A stretch of 62,159 nucleotides of DNA, counting the filler. It is 5 parts of 5 records of this genome, joined end to end, with 100 filler letters (N's around TTAATTAATTAA, not from the genome) between each part and the next. Parts side by side here need not be neighbours in the genome. Positions count along the whole stretch, not along the records: positions 33,728 to 56,830 come from SRR31156797_3668; positions 56,931 to 62,159 come from SRR31156797_3709; 3 more parts are not named here. One strand, written 5' to 3'. This document shows positions 50,024 through 59,964 of this stretch, piece after piece (position 1 is the first letter of the stretch; the number at the start of each line of letters is the position of its first letter). Position numbers and translations under genes: made by a program. A model generated the notes under the pieces. It was not told the origin of the DNA. It made no database searches and saw nothing but the letters and a program-made list of their open reading frames with translations.

Positions 50024-50662
50024 TCATAAAAAATCGGTGATATAGGGATTGGTATCTCTCTCATGGGCCAGGGTGGAAAAAGGGGCTTCGCCATAGTCAT
50101 GCCCCGGCCAGACTTTGGTTTGAGGGGGAAGGGAAAGCAGATTCTTTACCGATAGCAGGAGGGTGCCCAGGTCACCCCCACTGAGGTCGGTCCGGCCCAC
50201 GGCCCCCACGAACAGGGTATCGCCGGTGAACAGGTTCCCTGTCCCGTACAGGCATACGGAACCGGGGGAGTGGCCAGGGGTGTGGATGACTTGAAGTGTT
50301 TCCCTTCCGATGACGAGTGAATCTCCCTCTTTCACCAGCATATCCGGTTTGGGGGATGGTTTTTTCCCCAGCGCCAGGGAAAATGCCTGGTTCTTGCCGC
50401 TTCTTACCTGGTCCGCATCGTCTTCGTGGACCACCAGTTGCGCGTCCGTTTTAGACAGGATCGCACGGTTGCCGCAGGTGTGGTCCGCGTGGGCATGGGT
50501 GTTGACCACGTATTTCAGGGTCAACCCAAGGGCTTTCACCCTGTTCAGGATTTTTTTCTCAGAGCCGGCAGGGTCTATGACCAGGGCTTCTTTTTCCGTG
50601 TCGCAGTACACCATATAGGCAAATACCGCCATGGGGCCGACCTTCATCTGTTCTATGCGCAT
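50024..50662 (-). CDS. MBL-fold metallohydrolase (glyoxalase II-like)
   Basis: THAHADH, HTPGHS, TGDTLF, GRTD, PGHDY. Confidence 0.92.
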   Translation of the reverse strand: MRIEQMKVGPMAVFAYMVYCDTEKEALVIDPAGSEKKILNRVKALGLTLKYVVNTHAHADHTCGNRAILSKTDAQLVVHEDDADQVRSGKNQAFSLALGKKPSPKPDMLVKEGDSLVIGRETLQVIHTPGHSPGSVCLYGTGNLFTGDTLFVGAVGRTDLSGGDLGTLLLSVKNLLSLPPQTKVWPGHDYGEAPFSTLAHERDTNPYITDFL

Positions 50663-50676
50663 TATTCGTTCCCTTT

Positions 50677-51216
50677 TTAATCGGGTTGGGTAAAATGTTC
50701 AAGTTCTTTCATGAGTCTGGGAATCAGTTTCCGGACAACCCCCTCTTTTTCAAAGGTGGTGACGGAGAAAAATTCTTTTGAACCCGAAAAGCCCGGGTTC
50801 ATCATGGGAATTTGTCCCTGAAGATTGGGCGCCAGGATTTCAAATCGGGTAATCATTTCCACCATGGGAATCTCCTCTCCGGGATAATGTTTTACCCAAC
50901 CCAACCGTTTCATGCCTTCATAGCGGATACGGTCCAGTAAAAAGAGATACTGGTCAATCACCCGCATTTTATTCTTGGGCGACAGTTCATTAAATTCAAA
51001 CCCCGATCCGAGGTGATTGAGGCCCATAATCAGATCATAGAGATAAAAAGTGCTTTTGCCTTTGCCCTGGGCCAGAAATGAAAGGGTTTCAAGGGAAATA
51101 TGTCCCAGGCAGGTTTCCGGGGTGAAGTCTTCCTTGAACCTGCTTTTCCAGTTTCGGAAGGCCTTTTTTGCCAATATCCTGGCTTTGCCTTTTTCCAGGC
51201 TGATCACCTGCGTCAT
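50677..51216 (-). CDS. hypothetical protein
   Basis: 179 aa ORF tightly packed in a minus-strand operon (3-nt and 14-nt gaps). Confidence 0.75.
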   Translation of the reverse strand: MTQVISLEKGKARILAKKAFRNWKSRFKEDFTPETCLGHISLETLSFLAQGKGKSTFYLYDLIMGLNHLGSGFEFNELSPKNKMRVIDQYLFLLDRIRYEGMKRLGWVKHYPGEEIPMVEMITRFEILAPNLQGQIPMMNPGFSGSKEFFSVTTFEKEGVVRKLIPRLMKELEHFTQPD

Positions 51217-51219
51217 GGT

Positions 51220-52026
51220 TTACCGGCCTTTAAACTCAGGTTTTCGTTTTTCCATGAAGGCCCGCCTTCCTTCCCGTAAATCCTCGCTCGCCAATGAGTT
51301 GGCAAACAGCGCGGCGAGTTCCGATTCTTCCCTTCGGCTCAAGGCGGGGTTTTCGGCCATTTTATACAGTGCCTGTTTTGTTCCCCGTAAGGCCATGGGC
51401 GCATTTTCCGAAATCTCCATTGCCATATCATCGGTAACGGTTTTCAAGGCTTCAGGAGCCACCAGTTCGTTTAAAAGGCCCATGGACAGGCAGCTTCGGC
51501 TGTCATACCGATGGCCTGTCAAAAACATTTCGAGGGTTTTGGCAAAACCCAACACATTGAGAAATCGCCGAAAACCCGCAGGTGGGTAGACAATGCCCAG
51601 TTTTGCCGGGGGCATTCCCATGGTAATCCCGTCTCTGCCGATCCGGATGTCGCAGGCCACGGCCAGTTCGCAGCCGCCGCCAAAGGCGTGGCCGTTTACC
51701 ATGGCAATAACGGGATAGGGAAACCGCCGAATGGACTGAAGGGCTTTTTCCAGGGGCGATATATTATAGATGGGGGTTTCCGGGTCATGGTCGTTTATTG
51801 CCGGTATTGCTGAGATGTCATATCCCGCGGAAAAGGAGGCGTTTCCCGCACCCCGGATGACGAGGACTCTTATCTCCGGATCACAACCCAGTTCGGTCAC
51901 CATCATTGCCATTTCCTCAAGAAGCCCGGATGTGAGAAAATTGTGTTTTTCAGGCCGATTGATGGTCAGGGTGCAGATATTTTTGTGGCGCTTTGCGAGA
52001 AGTTGGGTTTTGCTCTCATATGCCAT
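51220..52026 (-). CDS. enoyl-CoA hydratase/isomerase (crotonase) family
   Basis: INRPEKHN, FSAGYDI, GGGCELA, MPPAKLG, EGRRAF.EKRKP.F.GR. Confidence 0.9.
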   Translation of the reverse strand: MAYESKTQLLAKRHKNICTLTINRPEKHNFLTSGLLEEMAMMVTELGCDPEIRVLVIRGAGNASFSAGYDISAIPAINDHDPETPIYNISPLEKALQSIRRFPYPVIAMVNGHAFGGGCELAVACDIRIGRDGITMGMPPAKLGIVYPPAGFRRFLNVLGFAKTLEMFLTGHRYDSRSCLSMGLLNELVAPEALKTVTDDMAMEISENAPMALRGTKQALYKMAENPALSRREESELAALFANSLASEDLREGRRAFMEKRKPEFKGR

Positions 52027-52035
52027 AAGGGTCGC

Positions 52036-53925
52036 TCATCGGTTTTCCGGTGTGCTGTTTTCATCGGTATCCAGCGGAATGCTCAATTCATAAATGCCGC
52101 TGTCCATGACGGCCTGGATGGGTGCATCCGAAGCGGATTCGAACACCTTGAGCATGCCTTTGTTGGTGGCCAGTACATCCGCTTTGAAGCCACGGATGCC
52201 ATTTTCTTTGGCAATTCTCTTGAGGGACCGAAAGAGAAAAGAAGCGATCCCCTTCCCTTGGAAATCTTCATCCACCACAAAGGCCACGTCCGCCAACGGT
52301 TTGTCCGGAAGGCGCACATATCGCGCTTCGGCAACGATACGCCCGGTGCCCGGTTCTCCCATGAGCCCCACGATGGACATGGTTTTGGTGTAGTCTATGG
52401 TGGCATATTCCTGCATCTTGGCGTGCGGCATGGTCTTTATGGGGGAGAAATAGCGATAATAGACCGATTTGTCGGAGAAACGATAAAAAAGACGCCGCAT
52501 CTCATCCACGTCCGATGGCTTGATGGCCCGAAACCGGATGGTGATATCCCCGGAAAAGATTTTTTCACAGGCCAGGTCCATGGGATAGAGAGCCCCGGAT
52601 TCAGGGAGGTATAGCTGATCCGGGTACAGAATGTTTTTCTCCTTGGCGAGACGGACCAGTTGCGCCCGATCATCGGGATGGGCGATGTCAATGAGCGCCA
52701 ATGCCCTTTCGCGAATGGTTCGCCCGGTCATGGCAGCCACGCCGTATTCGGTTACCACCAGATCCAGGGCTTCCCGAATGGAAAATTGGTTTGGGTATTC
52801 TTCCAAAGAAATTAGAATGTTGGACTGATTTTTCAAGTTACGGCTGGGAAGGGCGATAATGGTTCGGCCCTTTTTTGAAAAGCGTGCGCCTTTAAAGAAC
52901 TCCTGGGCTTCGCTGGGGCCGTCCCCCACGTTGCCCTTGCCGCTGTGCAGGGCGACGTTACCGCTGAGATCCACTTTACGAACCGGCAGGACCACCACAG
53001 TGCGATCGTTCCGCCCGATCCGTATGGGATCGGCGACCACGTCGATGCTTTGAAATTCAATCAGGGGGTTTCGATGAAGCCAGTAAAGCAATTCCGGGGT
53101 TCCAATGGCATAAGATGTCAGGGATTTTCCCAGGAAATGCCCTTTTTTCCGATTTGAAACGGCACCGCTTTTGACCAGGTCCATGACGGCGTCGGTAAAA
53201 GACGGGGAATGGATACCTAAGTGCCGTTTGTTCTGCAGATGACGTGCAAGGGCTTCAAAAACCGGACCCGCTGAAAAGGCCAGGCAACTGCCGTTCTCGA
53301 TAAGGGAGGCCACGTTGGCACCCACCTTGTCAAATACCGGATCAAAAGGCGGACGTTTAAAATAGATGGGATGCTCTTCGGACTTTACCAGAAAATCAAA
53401 ATCATTGATGTGAACAAAGGTGTCTCCCATTGTTCTGGGGGCATCGTGGTTTATTTCGCCAACCACCAGGGATGCGTGTTCCATGGCGTGCCGGGCCACA
53501 TCAATGGCGGGGCCGAGACTACAGAAGCCCGACCGGTCCGGCGGTGTGATCTGAATGAATGACGCATCAATTTCGATAACACCGGATTGAATCAGGGCGG
53601 GAATTTCGGAAAGAGGGGTCGGGACCATGTCAACACGGCCGGAAGTGATTTCCTCACTGGCCACCCACCCCGAAAAAAAGGTTTTGAGCCTGAATTTATG
53701 ATTCTGCGTTTTTGTGATGGAAATGGCAGGTCCAAAGCTCATCAGCTGGATGAATTCAAGGTCCCGCAAATTGCCGGCGTCAGAATCAAGCAGGCTTTTG
53801 ACCAGGGTACACGGCTCAGCAACGCCGGTTCCAAGAAAAATGCTCATTCCGGGTTTTATCTTGGAAAGGACTTTCCGGGGAGCAACCAGTTTTTGTTTCC
53901 ATTCCGTAGCTTCGTTGGATGACAT
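52036..53925 (-). CDS. acetyl-CoA hydrolase/transferase-like domain fused to a C-terminal GNAT
   Basis: GVAEP, PPD..G.CSLG, PRT.GD, VTEYGVA..G..IRERA..LI.IAHP; GNAT YYRYF..ADVAFVV..FQGKGIA..N.GM. Confidence 0.9.
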   Translation of the reverse strand: MSSNEATEWKQKLVAPRKVLSKIKPGMSIFLGTGVAEPCTLVKSLLDSDAGNLRDLEFIQLMSFGPAISITKTQNHKFRLKTFFSGWVASEEITSGRVDMVPTPLSEIPALIQSGVIEIDASFIQITPPDRSGFCSLGPAIDVARHAMEHASLVVGEINHDAPRTMGDTFVHINDFDFLVKSEEHPIYFKRPPFDPVFDKVGANVASLIENGSCLAFSAGPVFEALARHLQNKRHLGIHSPSFTDAVMDLVKSGAVSNRKKGHFLGKSLTSYAIGTPELLYWLHRNPLIEFQSIDVVADPIRIGRNDRTVVVLPVRKVDLSGNVALHSGKGNVGDGPSEAQEFFKGARFSKKGRTIIALPSRNLKNQSNILISLEEYPNQFSIREALDLVVTEYGVAAMTGRTIRERALALIDIAHPDDRAQLVRLAKEKNILYPDQLYLPESGALYPMDLACEKIFSGDITIRFRAIKPSDVDEMRRLFYRFSDKSVYYRYFSPIKTMPHAKMQEYATIDYTKTMSIVGLMGEPGTGRIVAEARYVRLPDKPLADVAFVVDEDFQGKGIASFLFRSLKRIAKENGIRGFKADVLATNKGMLKVFESASDAPIQAVMDSGIYELSIPLDTDENSTPENR

Positions 53926-53963
53926 GGATGAGGCCTCTTTCTCTTATTAACGATCAAAAAAAA

Positions 53964-54857
53964 TCACGGTGAATTGTCATTTGATTTCAGCTGGGCCATG
54001 ATAACCCGTTGACGATGGCTGTAATCCTCGATCTTTGTTTCGTTTTGGTAAACGCCGGTCTCGGCCAGGGTAAAAAGGGCATTTTCCACCTGATATGGGG
54101 ACATCTCCAACAAAAGCCAGCCCCCTGGACACAAAAATTCCGGCGCCTGGTATATGATTTTTTTCAGGAAATCCATGCCGTCCTTTCCACCGTCCAGCGC
54201 TATCTTTGGTTCATGAAGGGCAACTTCCGGAAGGAGCCCCTGGATTTCGTGGGTACACACATAGGGTGGGTTTGACGCAATCAGATGGAATACCGGTTTT
54301 TCAGGCATCAAAGGCTCGAAAAGGTCTCCCCGAAGAAGGGCTATCCTGTTTAAAACACCATGATTCTGAGCGTTCTCACGAGCCACGCCAAGGGCTTCTC
54401 CGCTGATGTCCGTTGCAAGTATAAGGGCTTCTGGAATCTCTTTTGCCACGGAAACGGAGATGATGCCGCTACCGGTCCCCAAGTCCAGGACACGCAGGGG
54501 GGCTTCATGGAACGATCCTGCCAGCGTCAGGGCCTGATCCACCAGAATTTCCGTTTCGGGCCTTGGGATCAGTACATGGGGATTGACCTTGAACGTAAGG
54601 GACCAGAATTCCTGGGTGCCGGTAATGTACTGCAGGGGTTCGCGTTTGAGACGTCGTCTGATGAGGAAGCGATAGCCTGAGACCTCCTTTTCGGTAAGCG
54701 GTTGATCAAAATTGAGATATAGTGATATCCGTTTAACATGAAGTTGGTGGGCCAGCAGCACTTCTGCGTTCAGTCGAGCGTTTTCGATCCCTTTCTCTGC
54801 CAGATAATCGGTTGCCGTCTCAAGCAGTGTTTTGATGCACCACACCTTGGGGGTCAT
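53964..54857 (-). CDS. prmC: release factor glutamine methyltransferase
   Basis: EPLQYI, LIPRPETE, DLGTGSG, NPPY, ALDGG. Confidence 0.95.
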   Translation of the reverse strand: MTPKVWCIKTLLETATDYLAEKGIENARLNAEVLLAHQLHVKRISLYLNFDQPLTEKEVSGYRFLIRRRLKREPLQYITGTQEFWSLTFKVNPHVLIPRPETEILVDQALTLAGSFHEAPLRVLDLGTGSGIISVSVAKEIPEALILATDISGEALGVARENAQNHGVLNRIALLRGDLFEPLMPEKPVFHLIASNPPYVCTHEIQGLLPEVALHEPKIALDGGKDGMDFLKKIIYQAPEFLCPGGWLLLEMSPYQVENALFTLAETGVYQNETKIEDYSHRQRVIMAQLKSNDNSP

Positions 54858-54876
54858 AATTGAATTTGCCTGGGGA

Positions 54877-55953
54877 TCAATTGCCGCCGGAATTCTTGAG
54901 GGCTTCGGTCTGAAAATGGGTAATCAGCGGTTCAATGACGAGGTTCAGATTTCCTTGAAGAAAATTCTCAAGTTTGTAAAGTGTCAGCCCGATGCGGTGA
55001 TCGGTGACACGCCCCTGGGGAAAATTGTAAGTTCTGATCCGTTCACTCCGGTCGCCTGAGCCAACAAGGGTTTTACGTTCTTCGGAAATTCGTGAGTGCT
55101 GCTGAGCCGTCTCAAAATCCAGCATGCGCGATCTCAGAACTTTCATGGCTTTTGCTTTGTTTTTATGCTGTGATTTTTCATCCTGGCACGTGACCACCAG
55201 ACCGGTGGGGAGATGGGTAATCCGAACAGCTGAGTCGGTTGTGTTCACATGCTGGCCCCCATGCCCCGATGATCGGTATACATCGATCCGAAGGTCTTCA
55301 GCCTTGATTTCCACGTCCACTTCTTCTGCCTCCGGGAGCACCGCCACGGTGACCGCCGAGGTGTGGATCCGTCCCTGGGTTTCGGTTTCGGGTACCCGCT
55401 GGACCCGGTGGACCCCGCTTTCATATTTCAGCCGACTGAATACCATGTGACCTTCCACCAGCAAAATGACCTCTTTAAGTCCACCGATGCCGGTCAAGTT
55501 CTGGGACAGGACTTCAGTTTTCCAATGCCTAAGCTCCGCATAGCGGCTATACATCCTGAACAGATCCGCCGCAAAAAGGGCTGCCTCGTCCCCTCCGGTA
55601 CCGGCCCTGATTTCAAGCAGGGTATTTTTTTCGTCGTTTGGATCTTTGGGCAGGAGCAGTATTTTGAGTTCGTTTTCCACCGCTGCTAGATGGGAGTTCA
55701 GAGTTTCCATCTCTTCTCTGGCCAGTTTCTTTATTTCAGGGTCCGGGTCTTCAAGAAGGGATCGGTTTTCGGAAATTTCATCCTGAAGGGACTGATAATG
55801 ATGCAGAACCGTGATGATAGGGGTCAGGACACTATGTTCCTTCGCATACTTCCGGTAACGTTTCTGATCTTGAAGAATCTTGGGCTGCCCGAGAAGGGTT
55901 TCCAGCTCATGGTAGCGATCTTCGGTCTCTTTTATTTTTTCAAACATTGCCAT
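54877..55953 (-). CDS. prfA: peptide chain release factor 1
   Basis: [14 protein letters not shown] motif, [12 protein letters not shown]. Confidence 0.97.
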   Translation of the reverse strand: MAMFEKIKETEDRYHELETLLGQPKILQDQKRYRKYAKEHSVLTPIITVLHHYQSLQDEISENRSLLEDPDPEIKKLAREEMETLNSHLAAVENELKILLLPKDPNDEKNTLLEIRAGTGGDEAALFAADLFRMYSRYAELRHWKTEVLSQNLTGIGGLKEVILLVEGHMVFSRLKYESGVHRVQRVPETETQGRIHTSAVTVAVLPEAEEVDVEIKAEDLRIDVYRSSGHGGQHVNTTDSAVRITHLPTGLVVTCQDEKSQHKNKAKAMKVLRSRMLDFETAQQHSRISEERKTLVGSGDRSERIRTYNFPQGRVTDHRIGLTLYKLENFLQGNLNLVIEPLITHFQTEALKNSGGN

Positions 55954-55997
55954 GAGTCCAGAACCCCGTTTTCTCCGACATTATATGCCCCAACGAC

Positions 55998-56207
55998 TTA
56001 AGCCTTATTATACTTGGCGTATTTCTGCTTGAATCGTTCTATTCGACCGGCAGAGTCGACCAGTTTCTGTTTTCCGGTAAAAAACGGATGACATTTGGAG
56101 CATATTTCAATGTTAATATCTTGAACCGTGCTTCCGGTTTCAAATTCGTTGCCGCAAGCGCAACGTACGGTTGTTTTATAATATTTCGGATGAATGCCGC
56201 TTTTCAT
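55998..56207 (-). CDS. rpmE: 50S ribosomal protein L31 (Zn-binding type)
   Basis: [24 protein letters not shown]. Confidence 0.97.
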   Translation of the reverse strand: MKSGIHPKYYKTTVRCACGNEFETGSTVQDINIEICSKCHPFFTGKQKLVDSAGRIERFKQKYAKYNKA

Positions 56208-56247
56208 TTTAATCTCCTCAATTTGTTGATAATCCCATAACCGCAGT

Positions 56248-56830
56248 CTATTGGCTCATGGAATTAAGAAAATTCTTATTATCCTTTGTTCCTTTTATTT
56301 TTTCAAGCAGGAATTCCATGCTGTCCACGGGGGTCAAGGGCGCCAGCAGCTTGCGAAGAATCCATATGCGATTAAGATCCGCCTGTTCCAGGAGGAGCTC
56401 TTCTTTTCGGGTGCCGGACCGGTTGATGTCGATGGACGGGAAGACGCGTCGGTCGCTCAGTTTTCGATCCAGGTGGATTTCCATATTGCCCGTCCCCTTA
56501 AATTCCTCAAATATGACCTCATCCATTCTGCTTCCGGTGTCAATCAAAGCTGTGGCAATGATGGTCAGGCTCCCCCCTTCTTCTATGTTTCTGGCCGCGC
56601 CAAAAAACCGTTTGGGTTTATGAAGGGCATTGGAGTCAAGACCACCGGATAGAATTTTACCACTGGGCGGAACAACGGAGTTGTAAGCCCTTGCCAATCG
56701 GGTAATGCTATCCAGCAGGATTAAAACGTCCCGTTTGTGTTCAACCAGTCTCTTTGCTTTTTCAATGACCATTTCAGCCACCTGCACATGGCGTTGAGGC
56801 GGCTCGTCAAAGGTTGAACTGATCACCTCG
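56248..56830 (-). CDS. rho: transcription termination factor Rho (5' truncated)
   Basis: [41 protein letters not shown]. Confidence 0.97.
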
Positions 56831-56930
56831 NNNNNNNNNNNNNNNNNNNNNNNNNNNNNNNNNNNNNNNNNNNNTTAATTAATTAANNNNNNNNNNNNNN
56901 NNNNNNNNNNNNNNNNNNNNNNNNNNNNNN
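56831..56930. other. artificial contig spacer
   Basis: 44 N + TTAATTAATTAA + 44 N. Confidence 0.99.
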
Positions 56931-57264
56931 CGGCCGTTTGGAACGACCTCGTCAATATCGCCACCCACACCCTCGTGGTGTTTTTAAGTTCTATTCTTCC
57001 TCATAACGTGTATTGAATAAAAAAAACGCGGTGGAGGTTGGATATTGGCCGCCGAAATAACCATTTTAAAGAGTATCGGGGGAGAAGCGACAGGAACCGT
57101 TGTTCCCGTTTCGTATCGTTAATGCGACAAACGTGTGACAGGAGTGGACATTCTCCATTAAAAAACACACTATCATGACCAATAAACGATAAGGTTCGCC
57201 AAGGGGGTGCTGCGGTACACGGCGAACAAAAACCGCACGGGTAAAACAGCACAAAAGGTGGGAT

Positions 57265-57702
57265 ATGAAAAAGAAAAGAATCCCTAAGGGTACTCCCAAT
57301 TTAATCGATAAGTTTGTCGGGTCGCGGGTTCGGGCGCGTCGCGTTGGTCTTCGGCATAGTCAGACCAATCTTGGCCAGGCAATTGGGGTGACGTTCCAGC
57401 AGATCCAAAAATACGAAAACGGGTCAAACCGGGTCGGTGCCAGCAATCTCTTTAAGATTGCAAATGCGCTTGGCGTCGACGTTTCCTTTTTCTTCGAAGG
57501 CATGCCCGATGACGTTGCCAAAGTCGGATTGATTCCGCGTGGGCAGGGTCTGGCGGAAACCGCTTCGACAGACTTCGAGCATGACCCGATGAGTTCTCGT
57601 GAATCCATCGAGTTGATGCACAACTATTTCCGGATCGACGACCCGTTGGTCCGCAAAAGGTTGTTTCAGTTCGTCAAATCGCTGGCGGATTCGAGCGGAT
57701 AA
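57265..57702 (+). CDS. XRE-family HTH transcriptional regulator (alphaproteobacterial type)
   Basis: D..VG.R.R.RR..SQ..LG..IGVTFQQIQKYENG.NR..FFFEG. Confidence 0.9.
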   Translation: MKKKRIPKGTPNLIDKFVGSRVRARRVGLRHSQTNLGQAIGVTFQQIQKYENGSNRVGASNLFKIANALGVDVSFFFEGMPDDVAKVGLIPRGQGLAETASTDFEHDPMSSRESIELMHNYFRIDDPLVRKRLFQFVKSLADSSG

Positions 57703-58079
57703 CGGCAGCGAAGGGCTCGACAATCGACTAAAATTCGGCAGGGCGAAAACCTGCCTGCAGTTCCGCAAACGATCGACACGACGACAAAAGGCGTTGTTGG
57801 CCATTGGTCGGTCGGGTACGAGCGCGAACCTGCCTTGTGCGGGGGGTCAGTGGCCATGATATCGAATGGCCATGGCCCCCCGTCGGGGTTTGCTCCCTGG
57901 CGACCCGCCCTTGAAATGGCTTTACTGCCGTTTTCGTAGCCCCACCGGGAGCTTGAATCTCCATAAATACGATTAGTTTTTCAATTATTGGCCGGATGGC
58001 ACCGCGGTATAATAAATCAATCCGCGAATATGTGCTGGAGCGAGCGTACTAAAAGATCAGCCTGGGGAGGCGATCCGTT

Positions 58080-58877
58080 TTGGGGGAGGGGCATACGGCA
58101 TTCGACGATGTCGTCCGTATGGAGGCGATAACCGTCTCCTTCGGAAACGTGCATGCTTTGCGCGACATCGATTTTCACGTCGGGCGCAACGAAATCGTCG
58201 GTCTGATCGGCGATAACGGCGCCGGCAAATCGACGCTGATCAAAGCCATGACCGGCGTGCTGCGGCCGACCAGCGGCAGCTTGTATATCCGCGATCAAAA
58301 GGTCGATTGGGAGAATTTCTCGGTCCGCCAGGCCCACGATCTTCGCTTCGAAATGGTCTACCAGGAAAAATCGCTGGGCGAACAGCAGCCGCTTTGGCGG
58401 AACTTCTTTGTCGGCCGCCAGATCACCAACCGGCTGGGCTTCATCAAGGTCAAACAGCAAAAACAGATCGCCAACGACATCCTCAAGAAGACCATCGGCT
58501 TCCGCGGCGTCGGCATCGATGCCGACAGCCCGGTATCGCAGTTGTCGGGCGGCGAAAGACAGGGCGTCGCCATCGGCCGGGCGATGCATTTCGATGCCGA
58601 CCTGATCGTGCTCGACGAACCGACCGTCGCGTTGGCCATCAAAGAGGTCCGCAAGGTTCTGGATTTTGTTCTCAAGATCAAGGAAACCGGCGGCGCCTGC
58701 GTCTATATCGAACACAATCTGGCTCATGTTCACGAACTCGCCGACCGCATGGTGGTGCTGGATCGCGGACGGATCGCGGCCGAAATCGCGGCCGGGCAGA
58801 TGACGCTGAAGGAACTCACCGAATTCCTGATCGACCTGCAGAAAAAGAAAGAAGTTGAAACGGCTGGTGCGCCATGA
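58080..58877 (+). CDS. sugar (CUT2) ABC transporter ATP-binding protein
   Basis: GDNGAGKST, LSGGE, LDEPT, EHN; TTG start 9 nt after GGAGG. Confidence 0.92.
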   Translation: MGEGHTAFDDVVRMEAITVSFGNVHALRDIDFHVGRNEIVGLIGDNGAGKSTLIKAMTGVLRPTSGSLYIRDQKVDWENFSVRQAHDLRFEMVYQEKSLGEQQPLWRNFFVGRQITNRLGFIKVKQQKQIANDILKKTIGFRGVGIDADSPVSQLSGGERQGVAIGRAMHFDADLIVLDEPTVALAIKEVRKVLDFVLKIKETGGACVYIEHNLAHVHELADRMVVLDRGRIAAEIAAGQMTLKELTEFLIDLQKKKEVETAGAP

Positions 58878-59869
58878 GCACACGGCCTCCCCTTCTCCGA
58901 CGCATCGAGGGGCTGCCGGTCATCGGCGTGTTTATCGTCCTGATCGGCCTGTTCATGGTGATGGCGCCGAACGTCTTCCTCGGCTACCGGATCTACATGT
59001 CGTTCCTGTCGACCGTGCCGCCGGTGCTGGTACTGGCGCTCGGCCTGACCCTGGTCATCGCGGCGGGCGAAATCGACCTGTCCTTTCCTTCGGTTATCGC
59101 CTTTTCCGGGTTCATCTTCGCCTATCTTTTCCGCGAGCACGGCCTGACCTGGGTCGCCCTGGCCGGCGCCTTGGCCGGCGGCGCCCTGGTCGGTTTCGTC
59201 AACGGCCTGCTAGTCGCCGGACTGGGCATCCCGTCGATAATCGCGACCCTGGGAACCCAGTTCTTCTGGGGCGGCATCACGACGGTGCTGACCGGCGGGC
59301 TTTCCTACAACATCCGCATGGTCAAGGACGAGCTGATCTGGGACGTTTTCGTCGGCCGCATCGGGCCGGTGCCGGTGCAGTCGTTCTGGGCGCTGGCGCT
59401 GGCGGTGCTGTTGTGGTTCGTGCTGAACCGCCACCGGTTCGGCGAACATATCTTGTTTATCGGCGACAACGCGGACGTGGCGCGGGTGCTTGGCGTCAAC
59501 GTCGATCGCGAGCGCATCAAGGTATTCGTCCTGATGGGCGTCCTGGGTGGCTTCGCCGCGGTTCTGCTGACGCTGGAGAACAAGAACTTTTTCAACACGC
59601 AAGGGTCCGGCTTCCTGCTGATCGCGCTGGCCGGCGTGTTCATCGGCGGCACTTCCATATTCGGCGGCAAGGGCGCGATCATCGGGTCGTTTTTCGGGGC
59701 ATTCATCATCGGCATGATCGAGGCCGGGCTGGTGGCCAGCGGCATCCAGGGATTCTGGGTGCGGGCCGTCGTCGGCATCGTCTTTGTCGTCGCGGTCGTG
59801 TTCCACCTGACGATGGAACAGCCGCACCGGCTGACCGCGCTCAAACGGTTCATTCTGCCGGGTCGCTAG
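58874..59869 (+). CDS. sugar ABC transporter permease
   Basis: GEIDLS, NG..GIPSIIATLG, FG..IGDN...A..LGV, IGGTS..GG.G; ATGA overlap. Confidence 0.92.
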   Translation: MSTRPPLLRRIEGLPVIGVFIVLIGLFMVMAPNVFLGYRIYMSFLSTVPPVLVLALGLTLVIAAGEIDLSFPSVIAFSGFIFAYLFREHGLTWVALAGALAGGALVGFVNGLLVAGLGIPSIIATLGTQFFWGGITTVLTGGLSYNIRMVKDELIWDVFVGRIGPVPVQSFWALALAVLLWFVLNRHRFGEHILFIGDNADVARVLGVNVDRERIKVFVLMGVLGGFAAVLLTLENKNFFNTQGSGFLLIALAGVFIGGTSIFGGKGAIIGSFFGAFIIGMIEAGLVASGIQGFWVRAVVGIVFVVAVVFHLTMEQPHRLTALKRFILPGR

Positions 59870-59964
59870 TTCGTTATCACGAAGAAGAAAACGGTCAACG
59901 TTTCGATGAAATTCGACGCCGTCAGACGCGTCGAATCACAGGTGAAGGTTGAACGGAGGCTTCT

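Noticed and set aside
58017-59952. Long alternative-frame ORFs (58017-58883 minus, 58855-59952 plus and others)
   Set aside because: Shadows of the ABC genes in GC-rich DNA; Arg/Gly-rich or motif-free translations.
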